Both the position numbers and the translations under genes were made by a program. From positions 60,732 to 124,731 of the IMG/VR virus record IMGVR_UViG_3300037512_000782: a DNA stretch of 64,000 nt. One strand, 5' to 3'. The stretch comes from a virus (Duplodnaviria > Heunggongvirae > Uroviricota > Caudoviricetes). The notes below the pieces were generated by a model, which saw only the letters and a program-made list of their open reading frames with translations, searched no databases and was not told the origin of the DNA. Of the stretch, positions 20,401 through 28,171 are shown in pieces. Each line of letters starts with the position of its first letter. The stretch's first letter is position 1.

Positions 20401-20934
20401 AATCTTATTGATCTTTCCAGCAACGACACCAAGCATACTGTCAACCGTATTGCTGGCAGCATAATCTTGTGACAACGGCGTATGACGGCGAGTCGGGGTC
20501 AGATTGTAAATAGTATCCTTGATGACTTTCGCAAACTTAGTGCCAATCTTCTTGAACGGGTTAGTCTGGCCAACTTCGTTCTGGCGATCGATCAATCTCT
20601 TCATAACGGCAGAGGCATGCTTGAACATACTTTCGTCCGCCAAGTTCTTCAAGTACACAGCCAACGGATGCACTACAGACGCCATCTCGTAAATATAACG
20701 ACGGCGAGAATCTGGCCTCGTATTGTCACGAAGACCGCTGTTCCAACCGCCATCCTTCTCGACCATGTCGGCAACCACATCAAGAACAGCGCCGACTTCC
20801 TTATCGAGCTTGTAATTAGCCCACGACAATTCGTATTTAGTATTATCGTCGCCTTGAAGCTCCTGAACTAGACCATAGAGTTCAGACAGTTCTGATGAAG
20901 TACTAACCACGTTTTCAAGCAATGCTTCGGCCAT
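14488..20934 (-). CDS. very large hypothetical protein (about 2150 aa), probably virion-associated
   Basis: uninterrupted ORF (track start 20943; ATG 20934 has a GGGTG RBS); late motif at 20963-20970; Lys/Pro-rich C-terminus. Confidence 0.85.
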   Translation of the reverse strand: MAEALLENVVSTSSELSELYGLVQELQGDDNTKYELSWANYKLDKEVGAVLDVVADMVEKDGGWNSGLRDNTRPDSRRRYIYEMASVVHPLAVYLKNLADESMFKHASAVMKRLIDRQNEVGQTNPFKKIGTKFAKVIKDTIYNLTPTRRHTPLSQDYAASNTVDSMLGVVAGKINKIYETVQSILKVTGISKSVSEEDAKNAAWLLFACYAIPRDLYGKDFAGKPSSPNAQNPSHWYNPDDSMVRQLYNLIANAWRTKDDAPQYDLSSMTDSLDEIDDNAKVNDRDEINSGDYIEKDMSTIGDETSQSNVLNDKTGCTCETYIKVFSVEFLRHLKYNGLTSKLVYRVLQMMFEDVGMPMSTDPVDAASAADFADEFCDRIASIATSTDTAIGLHTQLAGMLREYYDALDSRPKQNDVYDQDFAKFCSRLGLHEVDGETVEAIRDALDSVAKNIIFVGGNSVSGKTVDGTSINAVKMPSAVAIFSTESTNDRKKKEGLTAAGLATTKLFRYDPENEELVVGYDDSITGTSGVVDTIPRMEIRNHYKDYISSGLVPVRISENPSWVMLQGLKSYSYLKNGNMDDSERVSPLVNKLLDIDATSNVVKDTKTSQHAKATMALSNSKFVDKLVYTHLIPQGASLKERTLLADSVYKRSQGTNLSELLTKTRVLCSNVTKAVSEFANSVGGRYSASVETVYNYAPKLMTLVSGKSEAINGFVSKMSGAMVESADSALITVLCDVVSTYKDARLYSAGNMPWLLLTVLHDYVRMSDRLVRYAYSHKDSPVAPIVQQLYPANYREVSAEVNALFDSISNAANKTAEAKKPENSVKIINACKILIADRENAVDDLSKLADSMTNSLTDNPELASLKTLRSRLNDAVNTSDLSTRDILAVVNAIANTMPGNSIANMTALKKLRINQFDQYVRVMKTLLDAGQQLNVEEPESASAIPPTYDIPEGGEKSLAELNAMAPQNELNAKLQTAELDADNAQTDIVPSSDVAEESVDGLKSVIQVFSKYQGAATTHSESSSELGDYMTDAMNLPDAPQESDNWDTADWVKFYIGHPNVKLGYRKHAAKCLTRMEQSQKQLDASEDEINNLISQHPEYQGLLYAMVNDEVTLDQMKTVLKDYSIAVNALNELVHYASNDDAAAARNNGVAVKRMFAYTSSDESVMAQLVYVLTNYLTKPAETQYNELLDVLANVRNTVEKFSKNPLSLRLVDYAYNSVKADSDPEQLFTNIVKVITDIGDKFLDRLEGNAELPILRGMNKVDSPASPSDKYGKATDSFARSLLRAGDKDTAKESTATGKTDTKEAKARMAYLPYVKADLAENMELSKYAYMLGKAFNTYDRIMRDERVSANELEKRVFHSTLSSLKGSLLFAKGLCSNDLQRELLSALMDDERKGDKNYPTLASVYAAAKNGTDIGSYSLMHGGSVGTADKIVNDQRSVALAFNDKGSKVAPGTGSGIDAVTISELVFGDAQHVYKDDDMASLAHDLRMNVFNKLVNTYGAVDELGEVNFNSDYKNSATELLAEAIKSLYRICDDMETPISAVITVSTSLGQRAGRANVMSYVSDSLKNEVDMDFDTMSMVSGETNAYPQRVSGEQSRVDYDWVDQFADIISKIPEELTPNELLSCVEAYCQNEKAQQQMMANPKYAEVVRIINDTLRIETSTGVPTGLWGDTSTARKDTINRLFNAVVNGMDDDKTWAQRAVELKQQFMETLKKGGNILSFAGVMPSEAARKRVGHLRMNPYYAVTMPTNASDVNSVIKALRDDGIVEYNGAMVHLKYPGMSLDKNTFRYIVMMSIEINHKIKAYDECDAFNTALMFYSTGVRFDAFIELLERTSQLDNIDSVAVSNATNAIAKSFDVKPYGDMVRTNLGWFTIPAYDALCLSAAMDKRGPVHGFKISVDALTGGISSEEYDAMISAVDKERADESRAVKSDLLDAAVGIISKAYNVSRDDGLVKCRLGSMTDRMFDALCYSSVPRDIDVNDPKFAETVLAKFKQLYTNMATGNRVSYDIRDVSRKGHSSNGAETVDVDEENIDDVDGDNEEPTSTVVGADGTERTFGGKSNGTPKPKPHANVPAKPAKVKEPKPKPTPKPKANPEPELTGDEMIDSMPMKQKRPKKRKASAAAPVVQQAQEYDAADLDFMDM

Positions 20935-20962
20935 TGGAATCACCCATATTTAATCGGCAAAT

Positions 20963-21016
20963 AGTTTATCAATTTTCGCGAATAAACTACGATATTTTCA
21001 GCAAAACTGATAAACA
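20963..21016. promoter_or_regulatory. divergent putative late promoters
   Basis: AGTTTATC (minus, 20963-70), AATAAACT (20981-88) and GATAAACA (21009-16). Confidence 0.6.
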
Positions 21017-21041
21017 TTAGCTAACGAAGCGAGTCTATGCC

Positions 21042-23015
21042 ATGACATTCGATGAATACATAAATCCCAAGCTAGCCGACATTGAGAAGCAGTCGATCAA
21101 GGACACGATCGCTGGGCTCAAGAGTTTGGTCGCAAATCCAGACAACGTTTCCAAGGACGAAACAAAGTTATCGGCTGCCATCAATATCGCAAAAATTTTG
21201 ATGGGCGGAAAAGGCATTAAGCGCAATGACACCGTCATACCGCCAGAGCAAATATGGACGGCGGTCAATAATGCGCCACCAGCACAGCTAAATTTCTTGT
21301 CTAAGCCCAGAACCGAGAAAGACGCCGTAGCGGCAATGGTTAAGAAACTTCAAAAGGCCGCACCGAAGACTGACGTACTGGCAGCAGATTCGTTGCTTGA
21401 CGACAACCCGGCAGCAGTCGCCGACAATGATGCTCAGAAGGCTGAAGAAGTACAGAAAGCCGAAGAAGTACAGAAAGCCGAGGAAGCACCGAAAGTCGAG
21501 AAAGTACAGAAAGCCGAGGAAGTACAGAAAGCCGAAGAAACACCGAAAGTCGAGAAAGTGCAGAACGCTGAGGAAGCACCGAAAGCCGAGGAAGCACCGA
21601 AAGTCGAGAAAGTGCAGAAAGCCGACTTCGATCCGTTAGGCGTGTGGGGTGCATTTGATGATCCAGACTTAAATATTGACGATGCTGCACCTTTGAGCAT
21701 AAATGCAGACAATACTCCAGCAGTAAAGTCCGGGCAATTAAACGACAATTCTCAAGATAATACGCTTGTGGTTAACCAGTCGTTGCCAGCAGCAAATCAA
21801 GCGGCAGCAACTCAAACAGCAGCTCCAGCAGTGAAAACTCCAGCAGCGAAAACTCAAGCAGCGGCAATTCCAGCGGTGAAAACTCCAGCGGTGAAAACCC
21901 CAGCAGCGGCTCCAGCGGCAGCACTGCCGACCGAAGATATTCACCAGCAAAACGACGATCCGGATATCCCAGACACGGCAGACCCAAGGGACGAATTCAG
22001 CGACCTCTACGACGAAATCGACAATCTTTCGATCTCGGCAGAGCAAGCCGAAGAAGCCAAGAAGTATGCCGACCTGGTATTGACCGAGCCTAACGACTAT
22101 CCTCGCGAATACGCCATATTGTCTGGCGGTGCTTCCGCAAACCGTACCAAATGTGTTAAGGCGATGCTAATAACCGCCAACAAGCGTATAGGATATAAGG
22201 CCCCGGTGTCCAAGCGTGGAGACGACAAGCTCGACTTCCAATCTGGTGTGGTATCCCAGTCCAAGGGTCGCCCTCGTGTTGGAGCGTCCCTTGTCATGCC
22301 GTCTGGTTTCGGTTTGAAGAAAAATGCAGCCATTTGGAATACTCCGGTCATTACCGACTTCGGCTATCCATTCCTCAACTTCAGTAGCGAAGCCATGCTC
22401 AGCGTCATAAAGTCCAAGAAAGATGACGAAGCACTCAAGAATAGCAACTTGAAGAAGATGTTTAAGGAAGCGGCCAAGCGCTATGGCGGCATCTGGAAGG
22501 CGATCTATTCATCGCCGCTGACCCTCATTCGCCAGATTGCATCCGACGTCGGCATCAAGTGTACACCTAAGTACTTGAAGGTCGATGGTTCAGACTTATT
22601 GAACTCCGACTCTGGCGAAAACGTGACGGTCATTCCGATCAAGTATTACAGTATCGACCCAGAGTTCGAAGGATTCATCAACGTACCGCGTGACTTCCTC
22701 ACGACATTCTACGATGTCATCGACTACAGCAGCACATCGAAGCGCATGTACTTGAAGTACGCACAAGGAATGTCGGAAGAAGAGTTCGCTGAAGAGATTT
22801 CGGAAAATCGTGGTGTGCCACCGTTCTACATTCTCGTGCCCAAGCAAGCGAAGTTCAGCAAGTGTCACATTCGCGGCGGTAGCCTATTAGGTTCCCTAAT
22901 GAATGTCATTTTGGGACGCAAGAAGTGTACGATGGTCAAGACAGTATTCCAAGGCAAGCGCGGATGCCTCGCCATGGAGACCGATACAGCTAACACACTA
23001 TACGCCGATATCTAG
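21042..23015 (+). CDS. hypothetical protein with repeat-rich linker; paralog of 23111..24685
   Basis: 657 aa; C-terminal DFGYP, DPxFEG and GVPPFY motifs shared with the next gene. Confidence 0.85.
   Translation: MTFDEYINPKLADIEKQSIKDTIAGLKSLVANPDNVSKDETKLSAAINIAKILMGGKGIKRNDTVIPPEQIWTAVNNAPPAQLNFLSKPRTEKDAVAAMVKKLQKAAPKTDVLAADSLLDDNPAAVADNDAQKAEEVQKAEEVQKAEEAPKVEKVQKAEEVQKAEETPKVEKVQNAEEAPKAEEAPKVEKVQKADFDPLGVWGAFDDPDLNIDDAAPLSINADNTPAVKSGQLNDNSQDNTLVVNQSLPAANQAAATQTAAPAVKTPAAKTQAAAIPAVKTPAVKTPAAAPAAALPTEDIHQQNDDPDIPDTADPRDEFSDLYDEIDNLSISAEQAEEAKKYADLVLTEPNDYPREYAILSGGASANRTKCVKAMLITANKRIGYKAPVSKRGDDKLDFQSGVVSQSKGRPRVGASLVMPSGFGLKKNAAIWNTPVITDFGYPFLNFSSEAMLSVIKSKKDDEALKNSNLKKMFKEAAKRYGGIWKAIYSSPLTLIRQIASDVGIKCTPKYLKVDGSDLLNSDSGENVTVIPIKYYSIDPEFEGFINVPRDFLTTFYDVIDYSSTSKRMYLKYAQGMSEEEFAEEISENRGVPPFYILVPKQAKFSKCHIRGGSLLGSLMNVILGRKKCTMVKTVFQGKRGCLAMETDTANTLYADI
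21435..21625 (+). repeat. intragenic tandem repeats of 18-nt units (KAEEVQ / KAEEAP / KVEKVQ)
   Basis: repeated CAGAAAGCCGA(A/G)GAA and CCGAAAGTCGAGAAAGT units. Confidence 0.85.
21815..21922 (+). repeat. intragenic (A/V)KTPA repeats
   Basis: repeated CCAGC(A/G)GTGAAAAC-type units. Confidence 0.7.
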
Positions 23016-23019
23016 CCAT

Positions 23020-23035
23020 TGTTTCACGTGAAACA
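23020..23035. promoter_or_regulatory. parS: parS site (ParB/Spo0J-type binding palindrome)
   Basis: perfect 16-bp palindrome TGTTTCACGTGAAACA, identical to the bacterial parS consensus, intergenic. Confidence 0.8.
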
Positions 23036-23037
23036 TC

Positions 23038-23065
23038 AAAAATCCGTCTTTAGAGGCGGATTTTT
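23038..23065 (+). terminator. intrinsic terminator
   Basis: AAAAATCCGTCT-TTAG-AGGCGGATTTTT. Confidence 0.75.
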
Positions 23066-23076
23066 CGTATTTAATT

Positions 23077-23084
23077 GATAAACT
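23077..23084 (+). promoter_or_regulatory. putative late promoter GATAAACT
   Basis: recurrent motif 26 nt before ATG 23111. Confidence 0.65.
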
Positions 23085-23110
23085 AACCATAGATTAAATT
23101 CGAGTTTCTG

Positions 23111-24685
23111 ATGGCCACCAACGAAAAGAATCTTCTTGAAAGTGAAAACGATGATAAGGCAATCGCCGCAATCGACCACACCTTGGATATGTGGGTCAAA
23201 GATGACGCGCAAAAAGCCAAAATAAAAGAAGCAATCATGTCTTCGTTCAAAGCTGACGCCAGCAACTACGATAAGTTCACCGAGGATCCAGTTAACTATA
23301 CTCGCGCATACATCGAAAAAGCTACAGAAGCTCCAGCGGAACCAGTACCGACCGATGTAATTTCGCCGAAAGAATCCGACGAAACACCAGCCGATGATGA
23401 TAATGGCGAACCAGAAACACCAGAGGAAGAAGATGAAATCAAGGAGACAGCGCTTGATAATCTCGCCAAGATCTATCCGGTAATTGCCAAGGAATACAAG
23501 CTCCGCTTCCGTAACAACGGCGAGGATGCTGAAAAGCTCGCCGAATACACTCTCAAGATTGTCGAAGGCAGGGGCACTAACGCCGCCAAGTGGAAGCAGT
23601 ACCTCGACGAAAAGTGCAACAAGGGCACCAACAAGGCGATGATCCAGAATAAGGTCATTCCAACGCTCGTGAAGGCTTACAATGCCAAGGGTAAGGACGA
23701 GATCGAACTTACACGCCAAGTCAACGACGAGCAAACCGCTGGTCTCAAAGACCGCAACGGAAATGACGCTGGCCATATAATCGTACCGGAAGGTTTCAAC
23801 CAGCCGCCTATCGAACTTGGTGACCAAGTGGTCACTATGGACTTCGGCTATCCGGCGATCAACTTCAACAGCACCTTGATCAAGGAAATCGTTGGCGAGA
23901 CCGACAAGCCGCGCCTCAAGAAGCTCCTCATAGCTCTCATGAACCGTATCGACGGTTCGCCAGCTGGCAAGGCATTGATCAAGAACTTCATCTTCAGCTT
24001 CTCACTCACCAAGACCACCAATGGCGTTAAGCGTTCCGAAATGTACAAGCTCATCAAGGAAGCCGCATCAGCACAGGGTATTCCGATGCTCCGTCGTCCG
24101 TTGAAGGTAGAAAGCGAACAGCTCGTTGGAAAATCCGAAGCCGACACGATTAAAGTTCAGCCGTTGAACGCAGTCGCCAATCCGAAGAACGAATCTCTCG
24201 ACTTCCTCGAATACGATCCGTTGTTCGAAGGCTGGTTCTCAGAAAAGGTTCTCGGTCGGAGCAAGGACGAGAATGAACAGCATGTATACGGCAAGCCAGT
24301 CGAACTACCATCGGCCTACGTCAAGCAGTTCTACACCGTCTTGGTTCCGAGTGGCCCGACTGGTCTGCACTACTACGCTCGCTACATGACAGATAGTGAA
24401 CGAAACGCCATCTACAAAAAGCTCGGCGACAATTCCGAAGACGAAATCAAGACCGGAAACCGCAACGTGAACGACATGATTCTCAAGCGCTACCTCGATG
24501 AAACGAATGGCGTTCCGCCGTTCTATCTCCTCATGCCGCGCACCAAGCCAACCAAGGAACGTCTCCGCGTCTGCGACGACACTGTCGTAAACGGAAAGGT
24601 ATGTATCAAGTCGATCGAAGGCAAGAACAAGGATGCATACTTCATGGACAAGGACAAGATCGACTCCGTATTCGAAGCTGGTTAA
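23111..24685 (+). CDS. hypothetical protein; paralog of 21042..23015
   Basis: 524 aa; shared C-terminal motifs; N-terminal NLLES. Confidence 0.85.
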   Translation: MATNEKNLLESENDDKAIAAIDHTLDMWVKDDAQKAKIKEAIMSSFKADASNYDKFTEDPVNYTRAYIEKATEAPAEPVPTDVISPKESDETPADDDNGEPETPEEEDEIKETALDNLAKIYPVIAKEYKLRFRNNGEDAEKLAEYTLKIVEGRGTNAAKWKQYLDEKCNKGTNKAMIQNKVIPTLVKAYNAKGKDEIELTRQVNDEQTAGLKDRNGNDAGHIIVPEGFNQPPIELGDQVVTMDFGYPAINFNSTLIKEIVGETDKPRLKKLLIALMNRIDGSPAGKALIKNFIFSFSLTKTTNGVKRSEMYKLIKEAASAQGIPMLRRPLKVESEQLVGKSEADTIKVQPLNAVANPKNESLDFLEYDPLFEGWFSEKVLGRSKDENEQHVYGKPVELPSAYVKQFYTVLVPSGPTGLHYYARYMTDSERNAIYKKLGDNSEDEIKTGNRNVNDMILKRYLDETNGVPPFYLLMPRTKPTKERLRVCDDTVVNGKVCIKSIEGKNKDAYFMDKDKIDSVFEAG

Positions 24686-24688
24686 TTT

Positions 24689-25666
24689 ATGGATAAGAAT
24701 GTACTCTTGAACTGCCTTTCAACTGGAAAGGCCCTAATCGAATCGAACGCAGCCTTCTTTGCGAAGAAGACGGACAAGAAGCGATTCGAACAAGGTAAGA
24801 AGCTGACAAGACAGTTCGTCGGTGTATCACGCGCACCAGATGGCAATGCCGTTATCGAATTCCAGGTTCCTTCTCGTAGCGAACCCGGTGTCATGCGTCA
24901 TTGCTTTATCGACGTGATACCCAAAGATACAAACTTGTTCACACTAGCCCAGACTACGAAGAGGCTCGCTGACCGCGTGAATGTCTTGAAGAACGCTGAC
25001 GTGCGTTGCTTCTGTTCGTGTCCAGACTTCAACTGGAACGGCATGAAGTACATGATGAAGCACAAGTACGACAGCATGTCTTCAGACCACCACGCCGACA
25101 ACGATCACGACGACCACGGTGAAGATATTGCACCTAAAGTAAGAAAGCCAGCACTTTGTTCGCACTTGGTCGCTGCACTCGGCGGTATCTTGACCAACGC
25201 CTCCGTAATCATGAAGCAAGTTCGTACGGCTCCGCCAATCGAAGAGCAGCCGCAAGAAGAACCGCAGCCTACCGAAGAACATCCGATCGTAGGTAAGGCC
25301 GACTCCGAAGAACAATCGAACAACGTAGCCGAAGAACACGAACAAGCTCGTAACGAAGCTAACGAAATGTTCACTACTGACGGCGGCACCATCAAGACCG
25401 AGGAAACACAGAAGGCGCTCGACGCGCTTGCAGACAACATCGAGCCGACCGCCGAAGGCGAGACTGACGATGAAGTTCCAGAAGTTCTCGACGACCCAGG
25501 ACTAGGTCTTGTAGGAAAAGCCGACTCCGAAGAAAAAGCAAACAAACTCGTCGACTATGACGAGCTTGCAGCAAATCCTATGTTCGATGTCCCAGTAGAT
25601 GACGAGGAAGAAGAAATCAGTGTCGATGACGAAGATGTCATCACCGAACCAATGAAACTCCCTTAA
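24689..25666 (+). CDS. SWIM-like zinc-finger protein with acidic tail
   Basis: CFCSCPDF...LCSHL (CxC...CxH). Confidence 0.7.
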   Translation: MDKNVLLNCLSTGKALIESNAAFFAKKTDKKRFEQGKKLTRQFVGVSRAPDGNAVIEFQVPSRSEPGVMRHCFIDVIPKDTNLFTLAQTTKRLADRVNVLKNADVRCFCSCPDFNWNGMKYMMKHKYDSMSSDHHADNDHDDHGEDIAPKVRKPALCSHLVAALGGILTNASVIMKQVRTAPPIEEQPQEEPQPTEEHPIVGKADSEEQSNNVAEEHEQARNEANEMFTTDGGTIKTEETQKALDALADNIEPTAEGETDDEVPEVLDDPGLGLVGKADSEEKANKLVDYDELAANPMFDVPVDDEEEEISVDDEDVITEPMKLP

Positions 25667-26163
25667 TTAGACCAGATAGGTTCAAGCGTCGCGACAGAAA
25701 TCTGATCGGACGTGTTATTCCATTTGTAGTTGTTGCCGACAACGATCATCAGTATATCGTGCAACACGGATCTCACCAGACCGTTCTTGACCGTCTGTAA
25801 AACAGTGTTGATGTACATCTTGTCACACTCTTCACGACTGTAGTCATTGAACCCGGTCTCCTCGTACAACGCGGCAAGCGCAAGAGTTACGCACGGATCC
25901 AACTTTATTCCGATCAGTCCCAGCAGATAGATAACAAACTTCGGCAGAGGATGCTTCGCGGCAAAGCCTTTCTTGATGGTAAGGCGACTGCGCACACTGG
26001 TAAAATCCATGCTCGTCATTTCCTCAATGTCATCATCGACGTCGCCGTTCAAGATAACAATGTCGGCTACAAGTTTGTCCTTCAACTTGCACACGCCATC
26101 TTTTTCGACGGCGGCATGCTTGTACTTGTCTGGAATAATAATGGTACGGATATACTGTGACAT
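25663..26163 (-). CDS. hypothetical protein
   Basis: 166-aa ORF with AGGTG RBS. Confidence 0.7.
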   Translation of the reverse strand: MSQYIRTIIIPDKYKHAAVEKDGVCKLKDKLVADIVILNGDVDDDIEEMTSMDFTSVRSRLTIKKGFAAKHPLPKFVIYLLGLIGIKLDPCVTLALAALYEETGFNDYSREECDKMYINTVLQTVKNGLVRSVLHDILMIVVGNNYKWNNTSDQISVATLEPIWSN

Positions 26164-26207
26164 AAGCGTTACACCTAGTTACTGATGAAATTAGTTCATT
26201 TCATAGT

Positions 26208-27842
26208 TTAGGCGGCGTTGAAGTCAACTGGCTGGCACTGACGGCTTTCCATTTCGTCGATGAACAACTGATCCGGACGTTCCGGCAAGGTAGCCTCGTA
26301 CTCGTATTCGTACTCGATATCGGTGTGTGTAGGAATGTCTTGGTTGAGAAGTTCCTCATCCATGATGCAGCGAACATGATCGGCATACTGCTCCGGCACG
26401 ATAATGGAGTCATGCACCGTGCAGAAATGGCAACCGACTTCCTCGATGATACGAGGGCAGACTTGATCGAACACGAAGCTGCTCTCGATTTTCTGCATTT
26501 CATAAGCCAACGCGGCATGGCAATGTTCCTTCAGCGACCACATGCAGTTGTAGAGGTTGGGGAAGTGTTCACGCCAGCAACGCTGAACCGCACCACGGAT
26601 CGGCTCACGCTTGGTATCGAAGTACAGCGGAGAGAACAAGAAGGAAAGCAATCCCTTCTTTGCTTCGTCACGAGTCAGCTGCCTACCGATATCTTCGTCG
26701 GCACTGCATTCGCTCTGGAAGAATTCGTATATCTTGCCTTCCGCCACCAAGTTACGGTAACGGTCGAGCTCGGCTTCCATGCGGCCAAGGACGAGATCCT
26801 TGCGGCCAGCATTCCAGATCGGCTTGAAACGGAGGAACGTATCGCGGTTCTCGGTGAGGTCATTGCGATAGAAGTCGATATAACGACGGAACACGGCAAT
26901 GATGAAGGCCGCTTGAGAAGACTTGATATCGACTTCGGCAACCTTGTCTCCATCGCAGCGCAATGCGGCATGACGGATTTCCTTCTTCATGTTCGTCACG
27001 TTCGTATGGATACGGCCATACTTGTCGTGCTTCACATAAAGGTCTCCGTCTTCGTCAAGGAGGCCGTTGAAGCGCTCGATCTTGCAACGTTCAAGGTCGG
27101 CATTGTACGGAGCCATCTTGCCGTTCTCGACCATTTCATTCAAGGTAGCATCAGCCACATTCGCATCAATGGAGAAGTGGCTCAGCTCGTCATAGCAAAT
27201 CGCCACTACTGGATCTTCCATAGATACGCGCTTGCGTTCCTCGAAGGACTTCTGGATACGCTTCAAGACTACCGGAGAAGTGATCGTGTACTTGGACATC
27301 GTGCCGCGCACAACGACTTCGGTATTCTTGAGCTTCTTGTCGAGTCTGGTCTGCAGATAGGTAGCGTAGCTGTTCTGGTACGGAGCGCAAAGCCAGAAAG
27401 CCTTGCACTTTCCCTTACGGCTGGAGTCACCCTTGATGTAGCTCTGAGAACGGCCAATGAAGCCATTCTCGACCAAGGTGTTGATGGCAGTGATGTAGCC
27501 GTCACCGAGGAACTTGTGGAGCAAGGCAGCAGAAAGGTGGGTCTTCCAATACTTACGAGGAATCTTGGGCTGCACAACCATATTGGTCATGAGGTCACTA
27601 CGGAGATGGCTCGTAACCATGTAAAGGACGAGTGCCATCGTATCAAGTAAAGTCTTGTTTACAGGAGAATGTCCGTTCTTTGTCGTAAAATCGTGACAAA
27701 ATGACACAAAACCCTTGTAGAGCATAGACGGCAGTTCAATCTTGAACTCAGTCTTAGGCTTACGACGCTTGGTCTTCTTGGTTCGGTTAAGGGTTTCGTC
27801 AATCACGTCCATAAAGTTAACAAAACTTCCCAAGTCCGGCAA
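26208..27842 (-). CDS. family A (PolA/T7-type) nucleotide polymerase-like protein without exonuclease domains
   Basis: YGRIHTNVTN, motif A EVDIKSSQ, motif B TRDEAKKGLLSFLF, MQKIES, motif C TVHDSIIV in PolA order; start uncertain (TTG 27842 or ATG 27812). Confidence 0.65.
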   Translation of the reverse strand: MPDLGSFVNFMDVIDETLNRTKKTKRRKPKTEFKIELPSMLYKGFVSFCHDFTTKNGHSPVNKTLLDTMALVLYMVTSHLRSDLMTNMVVQPKIPRKYWKTHLSAALLHKFLGDGYITAINTLVENGFIGRSQSYIKGDSSRKGKCKAFWLCAPYQNSYATYLQTRLDKKLKNTEVVVRGTMSKYTITSPVVLKRIQKSFEERKRVSMEDPVVAICYDELSHFSIDANVADATLNEMVENGKMAPYNADLERCKIERFNGLLDEDGDLYVKHDKYGRIHTNVTNMKKEIRHAALRCDGDKVAEVDIKSSQAAFIIAVFRRYIDFYRNDLTENRDTFLRFKPIWNAGRKDLVLGRMEAELDRYRNLVAEGKIYEFFQSECSADEDIGRQLTRDEAKKGLLSFLFSPLYFDTKREPIRGAVQRCWREHFPNLYNCMWSLKEHCHAALAYEMQKIESSFVFDQVCPRIIEEVGCHFCTVHDSIIVPEQYADHVRCIMDEELLNQDIPTHTDIEYEYEYEATLPERPDQLFIDEMESRQCQPVDFNAA

Positions 27843-27930
27843 GTCTCCATTGCAGGATATTGGAGTAAATCAGACCAGCGGTGCTAGTCCGGTTTACTGC
27901 CGAGTTTATCGTTCAGTTATACGGAGTACA

Positions 27931-27959
27931 AAGGTAGACTAAACGAGTTTGAATTTCAA
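27931..27959 (-). promoter_or_regulatory. sigma70-like promoter for the PolA-like gene
   Basis: TTGAAA-17 bp (starts TTCAAA)-TACCTT. Confidence 0.6.
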
Positions 27960-28024
27960 GTTCGACCATCAGTCCTTGTCTCACCCGGCACCACCGACCA
28001 TGTTAATGTTTCGAAATCAATAAG

Positions 28025-28061
28025 TCTGAGTATATGGTTTAGTTTACATAATATACTCAGA
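28025..28061. repeat. 11-bp perfect inverted repeat in the AT-rich divergent intergenic region
   Basis: TCTGAGTATAT-15 nt-ATATACTCAGA. Confidence 0.75.
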
Positions 28062-28171
28062 AAAGGGGTCGAAAGTAAGGTATAAAAGTTCAACGAAGCA
28101 GCCAGAGTGCTGCAGTCTTGCCCTACGGACGCCCCATATAGATGTTTCGAAAAATGACTATTTAGGCTAAT

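Noticed and set aside
14488-20943. Giant ORF as a virion or multisubunit RNA polymerase
   Set aside because: No DxDGD or T7-type catalytic motifs found by eye
21435-21625. Repeat arrays as possible CRISPR (also 43315-43460)
   Set aside because: In-frame coding tandem repeats without unique spacers; no cas genes
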